Source: Pirellulales bacterium
Lineage (GTDB): Bacteria > Planctomycetota > Planctomycetia > Pirellulales > JAICIG01
DNA length: 64,000 bases
Direction: 5' to 3'
Assembly: GCA_040901675.1 (NCBI GenBank)
Contig: JBBDYJ010000035.1
Coordinates: 128,001-192,000 of the forward strand
Made by a program: the position numbers and the translations under genes. The first letter of the stretch is position 1. Each line of letters opens with the position of its first letter. Shown piece after piece: positions 24,576 to 34,195 of this stretch. Under the pieces are notes generated by a model. The model was not told the DNA's origin and did not search any database. It saw nothing but the letters and a program-made list of their open reading frames with translations.

Positions 24576-26405
24576 ATGGGTTATCGCACCTTACGACAGT
24601 GCATTGACGACCTGGAGGCGGCCGGGCACCTGGTGCGGCTCGATGAACCAATCGACCCCTACCTGGAGGCGGCCGAAATCCAACGCCGGCTGTACCAGGC
24701 GGGCGGGCCGGCCGTCTTATATACCCGCCCCCACGGGTGCCGGTTTCCGCTGGTCAGCAACCTGTTCGGCTCGATCGAGCGACTGCGATACATGTTCCGC
24801 GACTCGCTGGAGCGCGTCGGCCGCCTGGTGGAGCTGAAGGTCGATCCCGGCTCGTTCGGCCGCCGCCCCTGGCGCTACGCGGCGGCGGCGCGCGCCGGGT
24901 TCGACGCGCTGCCCCGCTCGGTCCGCGACGGACCCGTCCTGGCGCATGAAGTCGGCATCGCCGACTTGCCGCAGGTCACCTGCTGGCCCAAGGACGGCGG
25001 CCCGTTCATCACCCTGCCCCAAGTCTATACCGAGCATCCCGATCGGCCCGGCTGGCAAGCTTCGAACCTGGGGATGTACCGCGTCCAGTTGGGCGGCAAT
25101 CAGTATCGGCCCAACGAAGAGGTCGGTTTCCATTATCAGATCCATCGCGGCGTCGGCGTACACCACGCGGCCGCCATCGCACGTGGCGAGCCCTTGCGCG
25201 TCAGCGTTTGGGTCGGTGGCCCGCCGGCCCTGGCCGTGGCCGCCGTAATGCCGCTGCCCGAGGGGCTCTCCGAGCTGGCATTTGCCGGCGCGCTGGGCGG
25301 CCGCCGGCCCCCCTTGATCCGCAAGCCCGGCTGGCCCGCCATCCACGCCGAGGCCGACTTCTGCATCACCGGCCGCATCGACGATCGCCAGTTGCCCGAG
25401 GGTCCGTTCGGAGACCACTTGGGCTACTATTCGCTGGTCCACGATTTTCCCGTGCTGCGCGTCGAGCACGTCTATCATCGCCCGGGCGCCATCTGGCCGT
25501 TTACGGTGGTCGGGCGGCCGCCCCAGGAAGACACCACGTTTGGCCAGTTCGTTCACGAGCTGACCGGTCCCGTCATACCGACCGTGGTCGCGGGCGTACG
25601 GGCCGTCCACGCCGTCGACGCCGCCGGAGTCCATCCCTTGCTGCTGGCGATTGGTAGCGAGCGCTACGTGCCCTACGCCGAGCGGCGGCGGCCGGCCGAG
25701 CTGCTCACCCAGGCCAACGCCATCCTGGGGCAGGGACAGATGTCGCTGGCCAAGTACCTCTTGATCGCGGCGCACGAGGACCAGCCGGCCTTGGACATCC
25801 ACGACATCCCGGCTTTTTTCAGGCACCTGCTCGAGCGGGCCGATTGGACTCGCGACCTGCACTTCCAGACCTGCACGACGATCGACACCTTGGACTACTC
25901 GGGCAGCGGACTGAACGAGGGCTCGAAGGTCGTGATCGCGGCCGTGGGTCCCGCCCGCCGAGAGTTGCCCGGCGGGGTGCCGGCCGATCTCCACTTGCCG
26001 GACGGCTTTCGCGACCCGCGGCTGGCGTTGCCCGGCGTGCTGCTGGTGGCCGGGCCGCCGAGCACGGCCGCCGGCAGTGACGCGATCGAAAGCTTCGCCG
26101 CGGCCATGGAGGGTCACCAGCCGCTGAGCCGCTTTCCGCTGGTCGTGGTGGTGGACGACTGCGAGTTTGCTGCCCGGACGCTGAACAACTTCCTCTGGGT
26201 CACGTTCACGCGGTCCAACCCGGCGGCCGACCTGCACGGCGTGGGCGCATTTGTCGAGCAGAAGCATTGGGGCTGCCGCGGCCCGCTCATCGTCGACGCC
26301 CGCATCAAGCCGCATCATGCCCCGCCGCTGATCGAGGACGCGGAGGTAAGCCGGCGCGTCGATGCGCTGGCCGCACCGGGCGGGCCTTTGCACGGGATCA
26401 TTTGA
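24576..26405 (+). CDS. UbiD-family (de)carboxylase
   Basis: WPKDGGPFITLP, NLGMYRVQ, EGPFGDHLGYYS, GRPPQED, DTLDYS. Confidence 0.93.
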   Translation: MGYRTLRQCIDDLEAAGHLVRLDEPIDPYLEAAEIQRRLYQAGGPAVLYTRPHGCRFPLVSNLFGSIERLRYMFRDSLERVGRLVELKVDPGSFGRRPWRYAAAARAGFDALPRSVRDGPVLAHEVGIADLPQVTCWPKDGGPFITLPQVYTEHPDRPGWQASNLGMYRVQLGGNQYRPNEEVGFHYQIHRGVGVHHAAAIARGEPLRVSVWVGGPPALAVAAVMPLPEGLSELAFAGALGGRRPPLIRKPGWPAIHAEADFCITGRIDDRQLPEGPFGDHLGYYSLVHDFPVLRVEHVYHRPGAIWPFTVVGRPPQEDTTFGQFVHELTGPVIPTVVAGVRAVHAVDAAGVHPLLLAIGSERYVPYAERRRPAELLTQANAILGQGQMSLAKYLLIAAHEDQPALDIHDIPAFFRHLLERADWTRDLHFQTCTTIDTLDYSGSGLNEGSKVVIAAVGPARRELPGGVPADLHLPDGFRDPRLALPGVLLVAGPPSTAAGSDAIESFAAAMEGHQPLSRFPLVVVVDDCEFAARTLNNFLWVTFTRSNPAADLHGVGAFVEQKHWGCRGPLIVDARIKPHHAPPLIEDAEVSRRVDALAAPGGPLHGII

Positions 26406-26410
26406 AACCC

Positions 26411-27271
26411 ATGGCGCTCGAAGACTATGCCGTCTGGTTGATCGTCTGGCTGTTCGCGGTCGGCGCCTGCATCGGCAGCTTCATGAACGTGGTGGTCTAC
26501 CGGCTGCCGGCCGGTCAGAACCTGCTCTATCCCGGCTCGCGCTGCCCCAGTTGTGCTCAGCCCATCCGCCCGTACCACAACATCCCCATTTTCGGTTGGC
26601 TTGCCTTGCGGGGCCGCTGCGCCGACTGCGGTGCCCGCATCTCGCCTCGCTACCCGGCGGTCGAGCTGGCCACGGCCCTGCTATTCGCCCTGCTCGCCTG
26701 GGTCGGACCGTTGTCCGGTGGGAAAAACCTGCCCGGCGCCGTTGACGCCGCTCACGGGCTGTTGTGGGGAATCTACGTCTACGATCTCACGCTCGTCTGC
26801 GCGCTCATCTGCGCCGCTTTGATCGACTCCGACGGCCATCCCCTTCCCAAGCGTCTGTTCGCCGCCCTGCTGGTCGCAGGCCTCGCCGCGCCGCTGGTCT
26901 GGCCAGATCTGCGGCCCGTACACAGCGGGCTGACTGGCAGCGCGGCGTCAGGCGCCTGGCCCGGCTGGCTGGTCGGCCTCTCCGACGGCCTGGCCGGTTT
27001 GTGTGCGGCGTTGATTCTATCCTGTCTCGCGCGGCCGGCCGCCGCTCGCGGCCCCAGCGGTCCATCCGGCCGGATGAACACCGCGGCCGTGTTGGCTTGG
27101 GTTGGCGTGTACTTAGGGTGGCAGGCTGTGTGCTGGCTGGCCGCGCTTACCGCCGTTCTGTTCCTTGCCGCGTTGTTGGCCGGCAGCCGTTGGCCCGCTG
27201 CACGATCTGTCGGCTTGCCCGGCTGGCTGGCCCTGGCGACTAGTTGCTGGTTGCTGGTTGCTGGTTCCTAG
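26411..27271 (+). CDS. Prepilin peptidase (A24/PilD)-like protein, apparently degenerate
   Basis: GSFMNVVVYRLP, SRCPSC, NIPIFGWLALRGRCADC..ISPRYPAVE; C-terminal GxGD motif not found. Confidence 0.85.
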   Translation: MALEDYAVWLIVWLFAVGACIGSFMNVVVYRLPAGQNLLYPGSRCPSCAQPIRPYHNIPIFGWLALRGRCADCGARISPRYPAVELATALLFALLAWVGPLSGGKNLPGAVDAAHGLLWGIYVYDLTLVCALICAALIDSDGHPLPKRLFAALLVAGLAAPLVWPDLRPVHSGLTGSAASGAWPGWLVGLSDGLAGLCAALILSCLARPAAARGPSGPSGRMNTAAVLAWVGVYLGWQAVCWLAALTAVLFLAALLAGSRWPAARSVGLPGWLALATSCWLLVAGS

Positions 27272-27371
27272 TTGCTGGTTGCTGGTTCTCGATATTCTGC
27301 TTGCAGGGCGCTCGGGCGTTGCTCGATAATCAGCGACAGCCACTGGCCTCAAGGACTCATTGGCGGGAATC

Positions 27372-28454
27372 ATGAAGCAAATCGTCATCGCCGTGCTGAA
27401 TGCCAGTTTGCTCACTGCTCTTGCGGCGCCGTGCAGTCTGGGTGCTGATTATGAGCCGTTCCCCCTCTTTTCGGGTCAACACGGGGCGGGACAGATCGCT
27501 TTTTCGGGGGATGGCAACTCGCTGGGGGTCTTCATGCAACCAGATAAGGAGCTTCGGATCTGGAATGTCGCGACCAGGCAAGAGAGCGCGGGAATTGCGG
27601 TCGGGGAGGATGTACATATGTGGGCGTTCGCGCCGGATCGAGAGATAGTGGCGTTCGCCCATCAGGGGGACGGCACCGTTAGCCTGTGGGATGTTGCCAC
27701 CGGGCAAGAGATTGCCGCAAAGCGCCGCGCAGGGGGGACGCGGGATACCGCCGGCTGCCTTGCATTTTCCCCAAAGGGCGAAAGTCTCGTTTGGGAGATG
27801 GATGGGAATCTACAAATCTGGCCGCTAACGGAGCCGGGGTACGACAGTGAGACCAAGGAACTGAAGCTTGATGGGTTCGGTAGCGTCTCGTTCAGCCCTG
27901 ATGGACAGACGATGGTCGTTGGACGCACGGCCAAGACGCGGCGTCGCGACCGGCCGCGGGGCGAGGTGCAATTCTGGGACGTTCCCACGTGGACGCGGCG
28001 GCGCAGCCTCACCGGTTACCCGCGATTTCCGTTCGTGGCGCTTTCGCACGATGGCAGCCGCCTGGCTATCGACTGCCGCGAGTTCGTCGACTTGATCGAC
28101 GTTGCCAGCGAACGCCGCATCCGGGTTCAGGTGCGCCAGCCGCCGTTCGACCCCCCAATCGAGCCCTACTACGTGGCGTTGTCGGCGGACGGCCAGGTAT
28201 TGGCGACGGCGCGCTGGCTAAGGCCGCCCGTCGTCTCTCTCTGGGATGCCGACACCGGCGAACCGATCGGCACTCTACCCCACCCGGACACGGAAGGGAT
28301 CCATTCGATGGCCTTTTCGCCGGACAACGTGCACTTTGCCACCTCGATTCACGGCGGTCTAGATGTCCCTGGGAGTGGCGGCGTCTACCTCTGGAAGAAG
28401 ATCCCCAAGACGCCTTCGACCGGCTCCAAGTCGAGGGGTCTGTCGCGGGATTGA
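27372..28454 (+). CDS. Secreted WD40-repeat beta-propeller protein
   Basis: Signal peptide; repeated AFSPDG/LWD/IWN units. Confidence 0.85.
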   Translation: MKQIVIAVLNASLLTALAAPCSLGADYEPFPLFSGQHGAGQIAFSGDGNSLGVFMQPDKELRIWNVATRQESAGIAVGEDVHMWAFAPDREIVAFAHQGDGTVSLWDVATGQEIAAKRRAGGTRDTAGCLAFSPKGESLVWEMDGNLQIWPLTEPGYDSETKELKLDGFGSVSFSPDGQTMVVGRTAKTRRRDRPRGEVQFWDVPTWTRRRSLTGYPRFPFVALSHDGSRLAIDCREFVDLIDVASERRIRVQVRQPPFDPPIEPYYVALSADGQVLATARWLRPPVVSLWDADTGEPIGTLPHPDTEGIHSMAFSPDNVHFATSIHGGLDVPGSGGVYLWKKIPKTPSTGSKSRGLSRD

Positions 28455-28600
28455 ATTTCCGGCCGTCTCCTTGTCAGCGAAGGACGTGACTACGCAATCA
28501 CCCTCAGAGCGAGGCTGAACTGGCCGCGCCTCTCCCGGATCAATCAAATCAAGGCGAAGTGCATCCACGAGTTCTCTGCGAACATCGACCGGTCATCGCA

Positions 28601-29448
28601 TCACTTCCTTCGCTTTCCAGGCTTGGTACGTGTACCGCCGGTGGATTTGTCCGTAGCGGGCAGCGCGGGCGCCCCGGTTTCGCCCTCTCGCCTGGCGGCT
28701 GCCAGCCGCTCCCGCGCCAGCGGATCGCCTCGTGCAGCTTCTTCTCCAACAACTCGCGGGGTGGAAGCTCGGTCAAGTAGGCCGCCACGCGAATCCCGCT
28801 CTTCTCTAATTCCAAAAGCTCGACGTGCTCTTCCGACTTGTCCGCGCAGAGCAGCAGTCCGATCGGGGGCTCCTCTTCCGGCTGAACCTCGTACTTCTCG
28901 AGCCAGCGCAGATACAGTTCCATCTGCCCCTTGTCGGCCGCCTGAAACTTTCCGAGCTTCAGGTCGATCGCCACCAGCCGCCGGAGCCGGCGATGGTAAA
29001 ACAGCAGGTCGAGATAGTAGTCCTCGTTGTCCACCGTGATCCGCTTCTGCCGGGTCACGAAGGCGAAGTCGGTGCCCAGTTCCAGAATGAAGGCTTCCAA
29101 CTCGCGCAGGATGGCCTGCTCCAGATCCTTCTCGGCATACTGGCCGCTCAGGCCCAGGAAGTCGAGAAAGTACGGATCGCGGAAGACCAGATCGGGCGTC
29201 AACTGGTCTTCCTTCCGCAACCCGCTGAGGTCCTGTTCGATCAATTTCTCCGGCTTCTTGGCAACGGCAGTTCGCTCAAACAGGAGATGGTCGATCTTGC
29301 GCCTGAGAGTCCGCACGCTCCAGCGCTCAATGCGGCACATTTCGGCGTAAAAGTCACGCTTGAACGGCTCTTCGAGCGGGATGATTTCCACGAAATGACT
29401 CCAGCTCAATTGTCGCGACAGCGTCGCGACAATCTCTTCATCCGGGAT
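28601..29448 (-). pseudogene. YhcG/DUF1016 PD-(D/E)XK nuclease-domain gene, 5'-truncated and with a 3' frameshift
   Basis: PDEEIVATLSRQLSWSHF, WSVRTL, DPYFLDFL, ELGTDFAF, DLLFYHRRL..LVAIDLK, GQMELY; N-terminus absent; LARERL continues in another frame from 28720. Confidence 0.85.
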
Positions 29449-29561
29449 CTTTCGCGGATGCGGAGGATGACCGAACGTGCTGTCTGGGGCCGGTGCTCCG
29501 CAATGAACGTCAGAATGCCCTGTAGATCCGCCTCCGCCAGCGGCGTGAACAGGAGCTTCAT
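29406..29561 (-). pseudogene. Truncated ParE/RelE-family toxin (N-terminal part only)
   Basis: MKLLFTPLAEADLQGILTFIAEHRPQTARSVILRIRE; ATGA overlap with the antitoxin; runs into yhcG-like DNA near 29448. Confidence 0.8.
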
Positions 29562-29809
29562 GACTTCTGATGAACGGTGGCTTCGATGATGGCCAGGCGA
29601 TCTTCGAGCCGATGAAACACGTCCTCGGATGGGATGAGGTCTCCCCGTTCAGCCTGCTCTATGCCGGCCTGGATGGCAGCGACCACCTGCCGGGATTTCC
29701 GCAGCAGACCAACGGCGTCGTTGAGTGCCTCGGCTTCGCTGGGGTACGTTCCCCGGCTCACGAGTTCCTTGATGTACAGATCGTTTTCCGGCGAGAGATT
29801 TGGTGCCAT
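29558..29809 (-). CDS. ParD-type (RHH) antitoxin
   Basis: LSPEN..YIKELVSRGTYPSEAEALNDAV.LL; AIQAGIEQAERGDLIPSEDVF. Confidence 0.85.
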   Translation of the reverse strand: MAPNLSPENDLYIKELVSRGTYPSEAEALNDAVGLLRKSRQVVAAIQAGIEQAERGDLIPSEDVFHRLEDRLAIIEATVHQKS

Positions 29810-30066
29810 AGGTTAATCTTACCACGCCGCCGCGCGCCAGCCAAGCCGCGCGACGGCGCCAGGAGGACGACCGGCGGGCGGCCATACCGCGACAATCCAT
29901 TCAAGCGCGAGGCCTGCGACCGGACCTCCGGCAACTAGCCCCTTGCCTCCTCATCCTTTCGTCCTCTGCCTCTTCGTGTCGTCTATGTAGTCTAGCTGCG
30001 GTCAAGTAATTACGGCGGCCGAAATTCTGGCGAATCCGGCTTATGAATTGGCTAAACTAATCGGCC

Positions 30067-31485
30067 ATGGTCAAGCTCACCTTCCATGGAGCGGCCGAAA
30101 CGGTCACCGGCTCGAAATACCTGCTCGAAGCGGGCGGGGCACGGGTCCTGTTCGACTGCGGATTGTTCCAGGGACTCAAGGAGCTGCGGCTCAAAAACTG
30201 GCAGCCGCTGGCGTTTGAGCCCTCCAGCGTCGACAGCGTGGTACTGACGCACGCGCATATCGACCATATCGGGTTCCTGCCGCGATTTTCGCGGTTGGGC
30301 TTCGCGCGGGCCGCCTATGCGACGGCCGCCACGGCCGACCTGGCCGAGATCATCCTCTTGGATGCAGCCAAGAACCAGGAGGACGACGCGGAGTATGCCA
30401 ACCAGAAAGGTTTTTCCAAGCATAAGCCGGCACTGCCGCTGTTCGACGAGCGGGACGTGCGGCGGGCCCTGAAACTGCTCAGGCCGACCGCGCGCAACGA
30501 GTGGTTCAACCCGGCCGGACCCATCTGGTGCCGCTACCACGATGCAGGACACCTGCTCGGCTCGACCATGATCGAAGTCGAAGTGCGCCCCTCCGCCGAC
30601 CAGCCCTCTGCGGGTGCCCGGCCGCTGCGGCTGCTGTTCTCCGGCGACGTGGGCCGCTATGCGGCGCCCCTATATCACGACCCCTCGCCGCCGCCCGCTT
30701 GCGACTACCTCGTTTGCGAGAGCACCTACGGCAACCGCGACCACCCATCCGGCAGCGTGCTCGATCAGCTCGCCGATGTAATCCGCACGGCGGTCGCCCG
30801 CGGCGGCGTGATGCTGTTCGCCTCGTTCGCCGTGGGACGCGCCCAGCAACTGATGTACCTGGTGCAGGTCCTGATCCAGCGGGGACGCATCGGCCGCATG
30901 CCGATCTATCTCGACAGCCCCATGTCGGTCCGGGCCACCGCGGTATACCTGACCCATGCCGCGGACCACGACTTGAGCGAGTTGGACCTGTCGGCCGCCG
31001 CCAGCCACATGCTCGACACCCCAAACGTGCACCTGGCCCGCACGGTGGACGAGTCGAAGCGGATCAACGACGTGGAAGGGCCCGCGGTGATCATCTCGTC
31101 CTCCGGGATGATGACGGGAGGGCGGATCCTGCACCATCTCAAGCGGCGGCTGCCCGAGGAGCGCAACACCATCGTCGTGGGCGGGTTCATGGCGGCCGGA
31201 ACGCGGGGCCGGATGCTCCAGGAAGGCGCCGCGTGGCTACGCGTACACGGCAGGGACGTGCCGGTCCGCTCGGCGGTGGCCGAGATGTCGGGCTTGAGCG
31301 GGCACGCGGGCCGAAGCGAGCTGCTGCGATGGCTCGAGCCGCTGCCGCCGCCGCGGAGGGTCTTTCTCACGCACGGCGAAAAAGAAGGCGCCCTGGCGCT
31401 GGCCGAGCAACTGCGCGCCGGCCGCGGCTGGAACACGTGCGTTCCCAAGCTGGGCGAATCGTTCGAACTGGAGCACGCCACGTGA
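30067..31485 (+). CDS. MBL-fold beta-CASP ribonuclease-family hydrolase
   Basis: GAAETVTGS, THAHIDH, AGHLLGS, SGDVG, ESTYG, SGHA, HGE. Confidence 0.94.
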   Translation: MVKLTFHGAAETVTGSKYLLEAGGARVLFDCGLFQGLKELRLKNWQPLAFEPSSVDSVVLTHAHIDHIGFLPRFSRLGFARAAYATAATADLAEIILLDAAKNQEDDAEYANQKGFSKHKPALPLFDERDVRRALKLLRPTARNEWFNPAGPIWCRYHDAGHLLGSTMIEVEVRPSADQPSAGARPLRLLFSGDVGRYAAPLYHDPSPPPACDYLVCESTYGNRDHPSGSVLDQLADVIRTAVARGGVMLFASFAVGRAQQLMYLVQVLIQRGRIGRMPIYLDSPMSVRATAVYLTHAADHDLSELDLSAAASHMLDTPNVHLARTVDESKRINDVEGPAVIISSSGMMTGGRILHHLKRRLPEERNTIVVGGFMAAGTRGRMLQEGAAWLRVHGRDVPVRSAVAEMSGLSGHAGRSELLRWLEPLPPPRRVFLTHGEKEGALALAEQLRAGRGWNTCVPKLGESFELEHAT

Positions 31486-31779
31486 ACGAGCGGATGGACA
31501 ACCTTTCGGCCGCGGCCGAGGCCAACCTCAGGGCCATCCTCGACTCGCCCAGCTATCGGTTGGCCGAGGTCGACACCGAGTTTCTGGCCCGGCCCGAGCT
31601 GCGGCCCGTGCGGATGCAGCTCGAGCTGTCGAAGCCCGAGCCGCGTCGTCGATTTTCAGTTCCTGGCCGACGAAGGCGTGATCGCCGACGAGCACCTGGA
31701 GCTCTTCAGCTATGCGGAAACGGCCCAGCAGGCCTGGGACACGATCGTCTCGTTCCACAACAAGGCGGCTAAGGCATGA
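31482..31779 (+). pseudogene. LOG/TIGR00730-family gene with large internal deletion
   Basis: N-terminal SPSYRLA..D.EFL.RPELRPVRMQLELSKPE is joined out of frame near 31640 to C-terminal RVVDFQFLADEGVIADEHLELFSYAETAQQAWDTI; core including PGGxGT is missing. Confidence 0.8.
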
Positions 31780-32540
31780 GCGGCGCCTCTTCCACGTCCG
31801 GTCCGGTGGCCCTGGTAACCGGGGCCGGCGCACCGCGGATCGGTAACTGCGTAGCCCGCACGCTGGCCGGCAAGGGCTACCGCCTGGTGCTGCACGCGTA
31901 TACCTCTGCCGAAGCGGCCCGTGCTACGGCCGCCGAGCTGTCGGCGCAAGGCGTCGAAGTCGACGTGCTCTTCGCCGATCTCCGCGATGAGCAGGCCGTG
32001 GCCGCCCTGGTTCGCGACGCCCATGCCCGCTTTGGCCGGATCGATGCACTGGTCAACTGCGCCGGCATTTGGATGTCGAAGCCGCTCGAGCAGGTCGAGG
32101 CGGCCGACGTGCGGCTGCACTTCGAGGTCAACACGCTGGGCACGTTTCTCTGCTGCCAGCAAGTGGGCCTGATCATGGCCAGCCAGCCCGAAGGGGGCGC
32201 GATCGTCAACCTGGGCGACTGGGCGATCGCCAGACCCTATCCCGACTACGCGGCCTATTTTCCGTCGAAGGGGGCCATCCCCACGCTGACGCGGAACTTT
32301 GCCATCGAGCTGGCCAGCCGCAACCCCCGTGTGCGGGTCAACGCGGTGCTGCCCGGACCCGCCATGCTGCCCGAAAGCCTGCCGCCCGAGGAGCGGCTGC
32401 GCGTGGTTCAAATGACGCTTTTGAAGCGCGAAGGGAGCCCCCAGCACGTGGCCGACGCCGTGTTATTCCTGCTCCAGAACGAGTTTATCACGGGAGTCTG
32501 TCTTCCGGTCGACGGCGGCCGGACCATCTATCCGGGATGA
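31776..32540 (+). CDS. SDR oxidoreductase, pteridine reductase/FolM-like
   Basis: TGAGAPRIG, NCAG, Y..SK, VRVNAVLPG, VDGG. Confidence 0.88.
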   Translation: MSGASSTSGPVALVTGAGAPRIGNCVARTLAGKGYRLVLHAYTSAEAARATAAELSAQGVEVDVLFADLRDEQAVAALVRDAHARFGRIDALVNCAGIWMSKPLEQVEAADVRLHFEVNTLGTFLCCQQVGLIMASQPEGGAIVNLGDWAIARPYPDYAAYFPSKGAIPTLTRNFAIELASRNPRVRVNAVLPGPAMLPESLPPEERLRVVQMTLLKREGSPQHVADAVLFLLQNEFITGVCLPVDGGRTIYPG

Positions 32541-32557
32541 AGGCAGAGGCGGAAGGT

Positions 32558-32599
32558 GGGACGGGCTTCCCAAGACGGCCTAGGAAGGTCGTCCTACTG
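32558..32599. repeat. REP-like palindrome (GACGGCCTAGGAAGGTCGTCCTAC); related copies at 58037-58092
   Basis: Shared GACGGCC....GGCCGTC / CGTCCTA core at both loci. Confidence 0.55.
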
Positions 32600-32745
32600 C
32601 CGTCGCCTGTCGCCTCCGGGAGCCAACTCGTTGCAGGACAGGCCGCCGTGCGGTAGTCTGCTTGTTGCCGTTCCACCAATCGATACCGGTCGCCGCGACC
32701 GAAGCTGCGCGCATTCAAGCCCCAATCTCCCGAAAGGTCGTCCCC

Positions 32746-34140
32746 ATGCTATTCAAACTCTCCTCAGGTTGGCTCGTTGCATTGCTGATGGCCGTGGTCG
32801 CTGTCTGGGCATTTCTGCCTGCACCCCTGCCGGCGGAGGATGAGGACCAACCGGTCGTGGAAGAAGCGGCCGACGAAGCCGAAGACGAAGAAGGCCAGGA
32901 GGCCGACGAAGCCGATCCGGCCGAGGAACTTGAGGAAGCCGAAGAAGCAGACGAAGTCGACCCGCTGGCCCTGCCGGAGGATACCTCGCCGGAGAGCCTC
33001 GCCAAGTTCATCGAGCGCGTGCAAACCTTGCGTCCCGATGTAAAGACGCAGGAGGAGCTCATTGAGTATGTCAAGAAACTCAACAAGGTGATCCTGGAGG
33101 CCGCCGACAAGATCATCGAGGCCAAAGCCGACGAGGACCTCGACACTCAGGCAGTCCGGGCGAAACTGGCGGCACTGGGCACCTTGAGCCAACTGGACGG
33201 CGAAGGGGCCAAGAAACAACTGGCCGACTACCTTTCGAAGCTCAAGGACGACAAGCGGCCGGATATCGTCAAGGAAGCGCAACTGTACCTTCTCGCGAAC
33301 CGCTACCATGCGCTGGATCATGAGAACGCCAAGCAGATCAAACAATTTATCAACGACGTTCGGACCCAGCTTGGCGCCGGCAAATTCGACCCCCGGCTGG
33401 CACAATTCGCCATGGAGGCGGCCCGGTTGAGCCAGAGTATTGGCGATACCCAGTTCGCGATCGAGACGAACAGGCAGTTCGCGGAGCTCTTTGCCAAAAG
33501 CGGCAACCCGCAAATAGAACAAGCGGGCCAGCGATTCGAAGCCAACATCCGCAAGCTGGAGATGGTCGGCAAACCGCTCGACATCGAGGGGAGCCTGGTC
33601 GATGGCAGCCAGTTCGACTGGTCGGCCTATCAGGGCAAGGTCGTGCTGGTCGATTTCTGGGCCACCTGGTGTGGCCCCTGCATCCAGGAATTGCCCAACG
33701 TCAAGGAAACGTACGAAAAGTACCGCGATAAGGGTTTCGACGTGGTTGGGATCAGCCTCGATGAGGACCGTGAAGCCGTGGAGGAATTCCTCAAAGAGGA
33801 AGAAATCGGGTGGACCACTCTCTTCGGCACGTCACCGGAAAGCGGTTGGAACCATCCGATGGCTCAGCGGTACGGGGTCGACGGCATTCCCATGGCCGTC
33901 CTCGTCGATCGCGATGGAAACGTGGTGAGCATCAGCGCCCGCGGCGAAGCACTCGGCACGCTCGTCGCCGAGCTCGTCGAGAAAAAGCCATCCGCGTCGC
34001 CGGCCACCAAGGCCGCGGCTGGCAAACAGGACAAGAAGCCCGCCGCCAAGAAACCTTCCGCCTCGAGCGGCACGGACACTCCGGTGGCGAAGAAAACACC
34101 CGCTAAAAAACCGGCAGCGAAGAAACCCGCGGTAAAATAA
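32746..34140 (+). CDS. Exported TlpA-family thioredoxin/redoxin with acidic N-region and Lys/Ala-rich tail
   Basis: GKVVLVDFWATWCGPC, GISLD, YGVDGIP. Confidence 0.92.
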   Translation: MLFKLSSGWLVALLMAVVAVWAFLPAPLPAEDEDQPVVEEAADEAEDEEGQEADEADPAEELEEAEEADEVDPLALPEDTSPESLAKFIERVQTLRPDVKTQEELIEYVKKLNKVILEAADKIIEAKADEDLDTQAVRAKLAALGTLSQLDGEGAKKQLADYLSKLKDDKRPDIVKEAQLYLLANRYHALDHENAKQIKQFINDVRTQLGAGKFDPRLAQFAMEAARLSQSIGDTQFAIETNRQFAELFAKSGNPQIEQAGQRFEANIRKLEMVGKPLDIEGSLVDGSQFDWSAYQGKVVLVDFWATWCGPCIQELPNVKETYEKYRDKGFDVVGISLDEDREAVEEFLKEEEIGWTTLFGTSPESGWNHPMAQRYGVDGIPMAVLVDRDGNVVSISARGEALGTLVAELVEKKPSASPATKAAAGKQDKKPAAKKPSASSGTDTPVAKKTPAKKPAAKKPAVK

Positions 34141-34195
34141 ACTCCGGAACCGGCCCAAAGCTTGGGTCGATGGATTGATTCAAGGAGTCCGCAGC

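Noticed and set aside
27300..29900. Intact mobile element carrying WD40, yhcG and parDE
   Set aside because: Accessory-looking, but no transposase, integrase or terminal repeats found.
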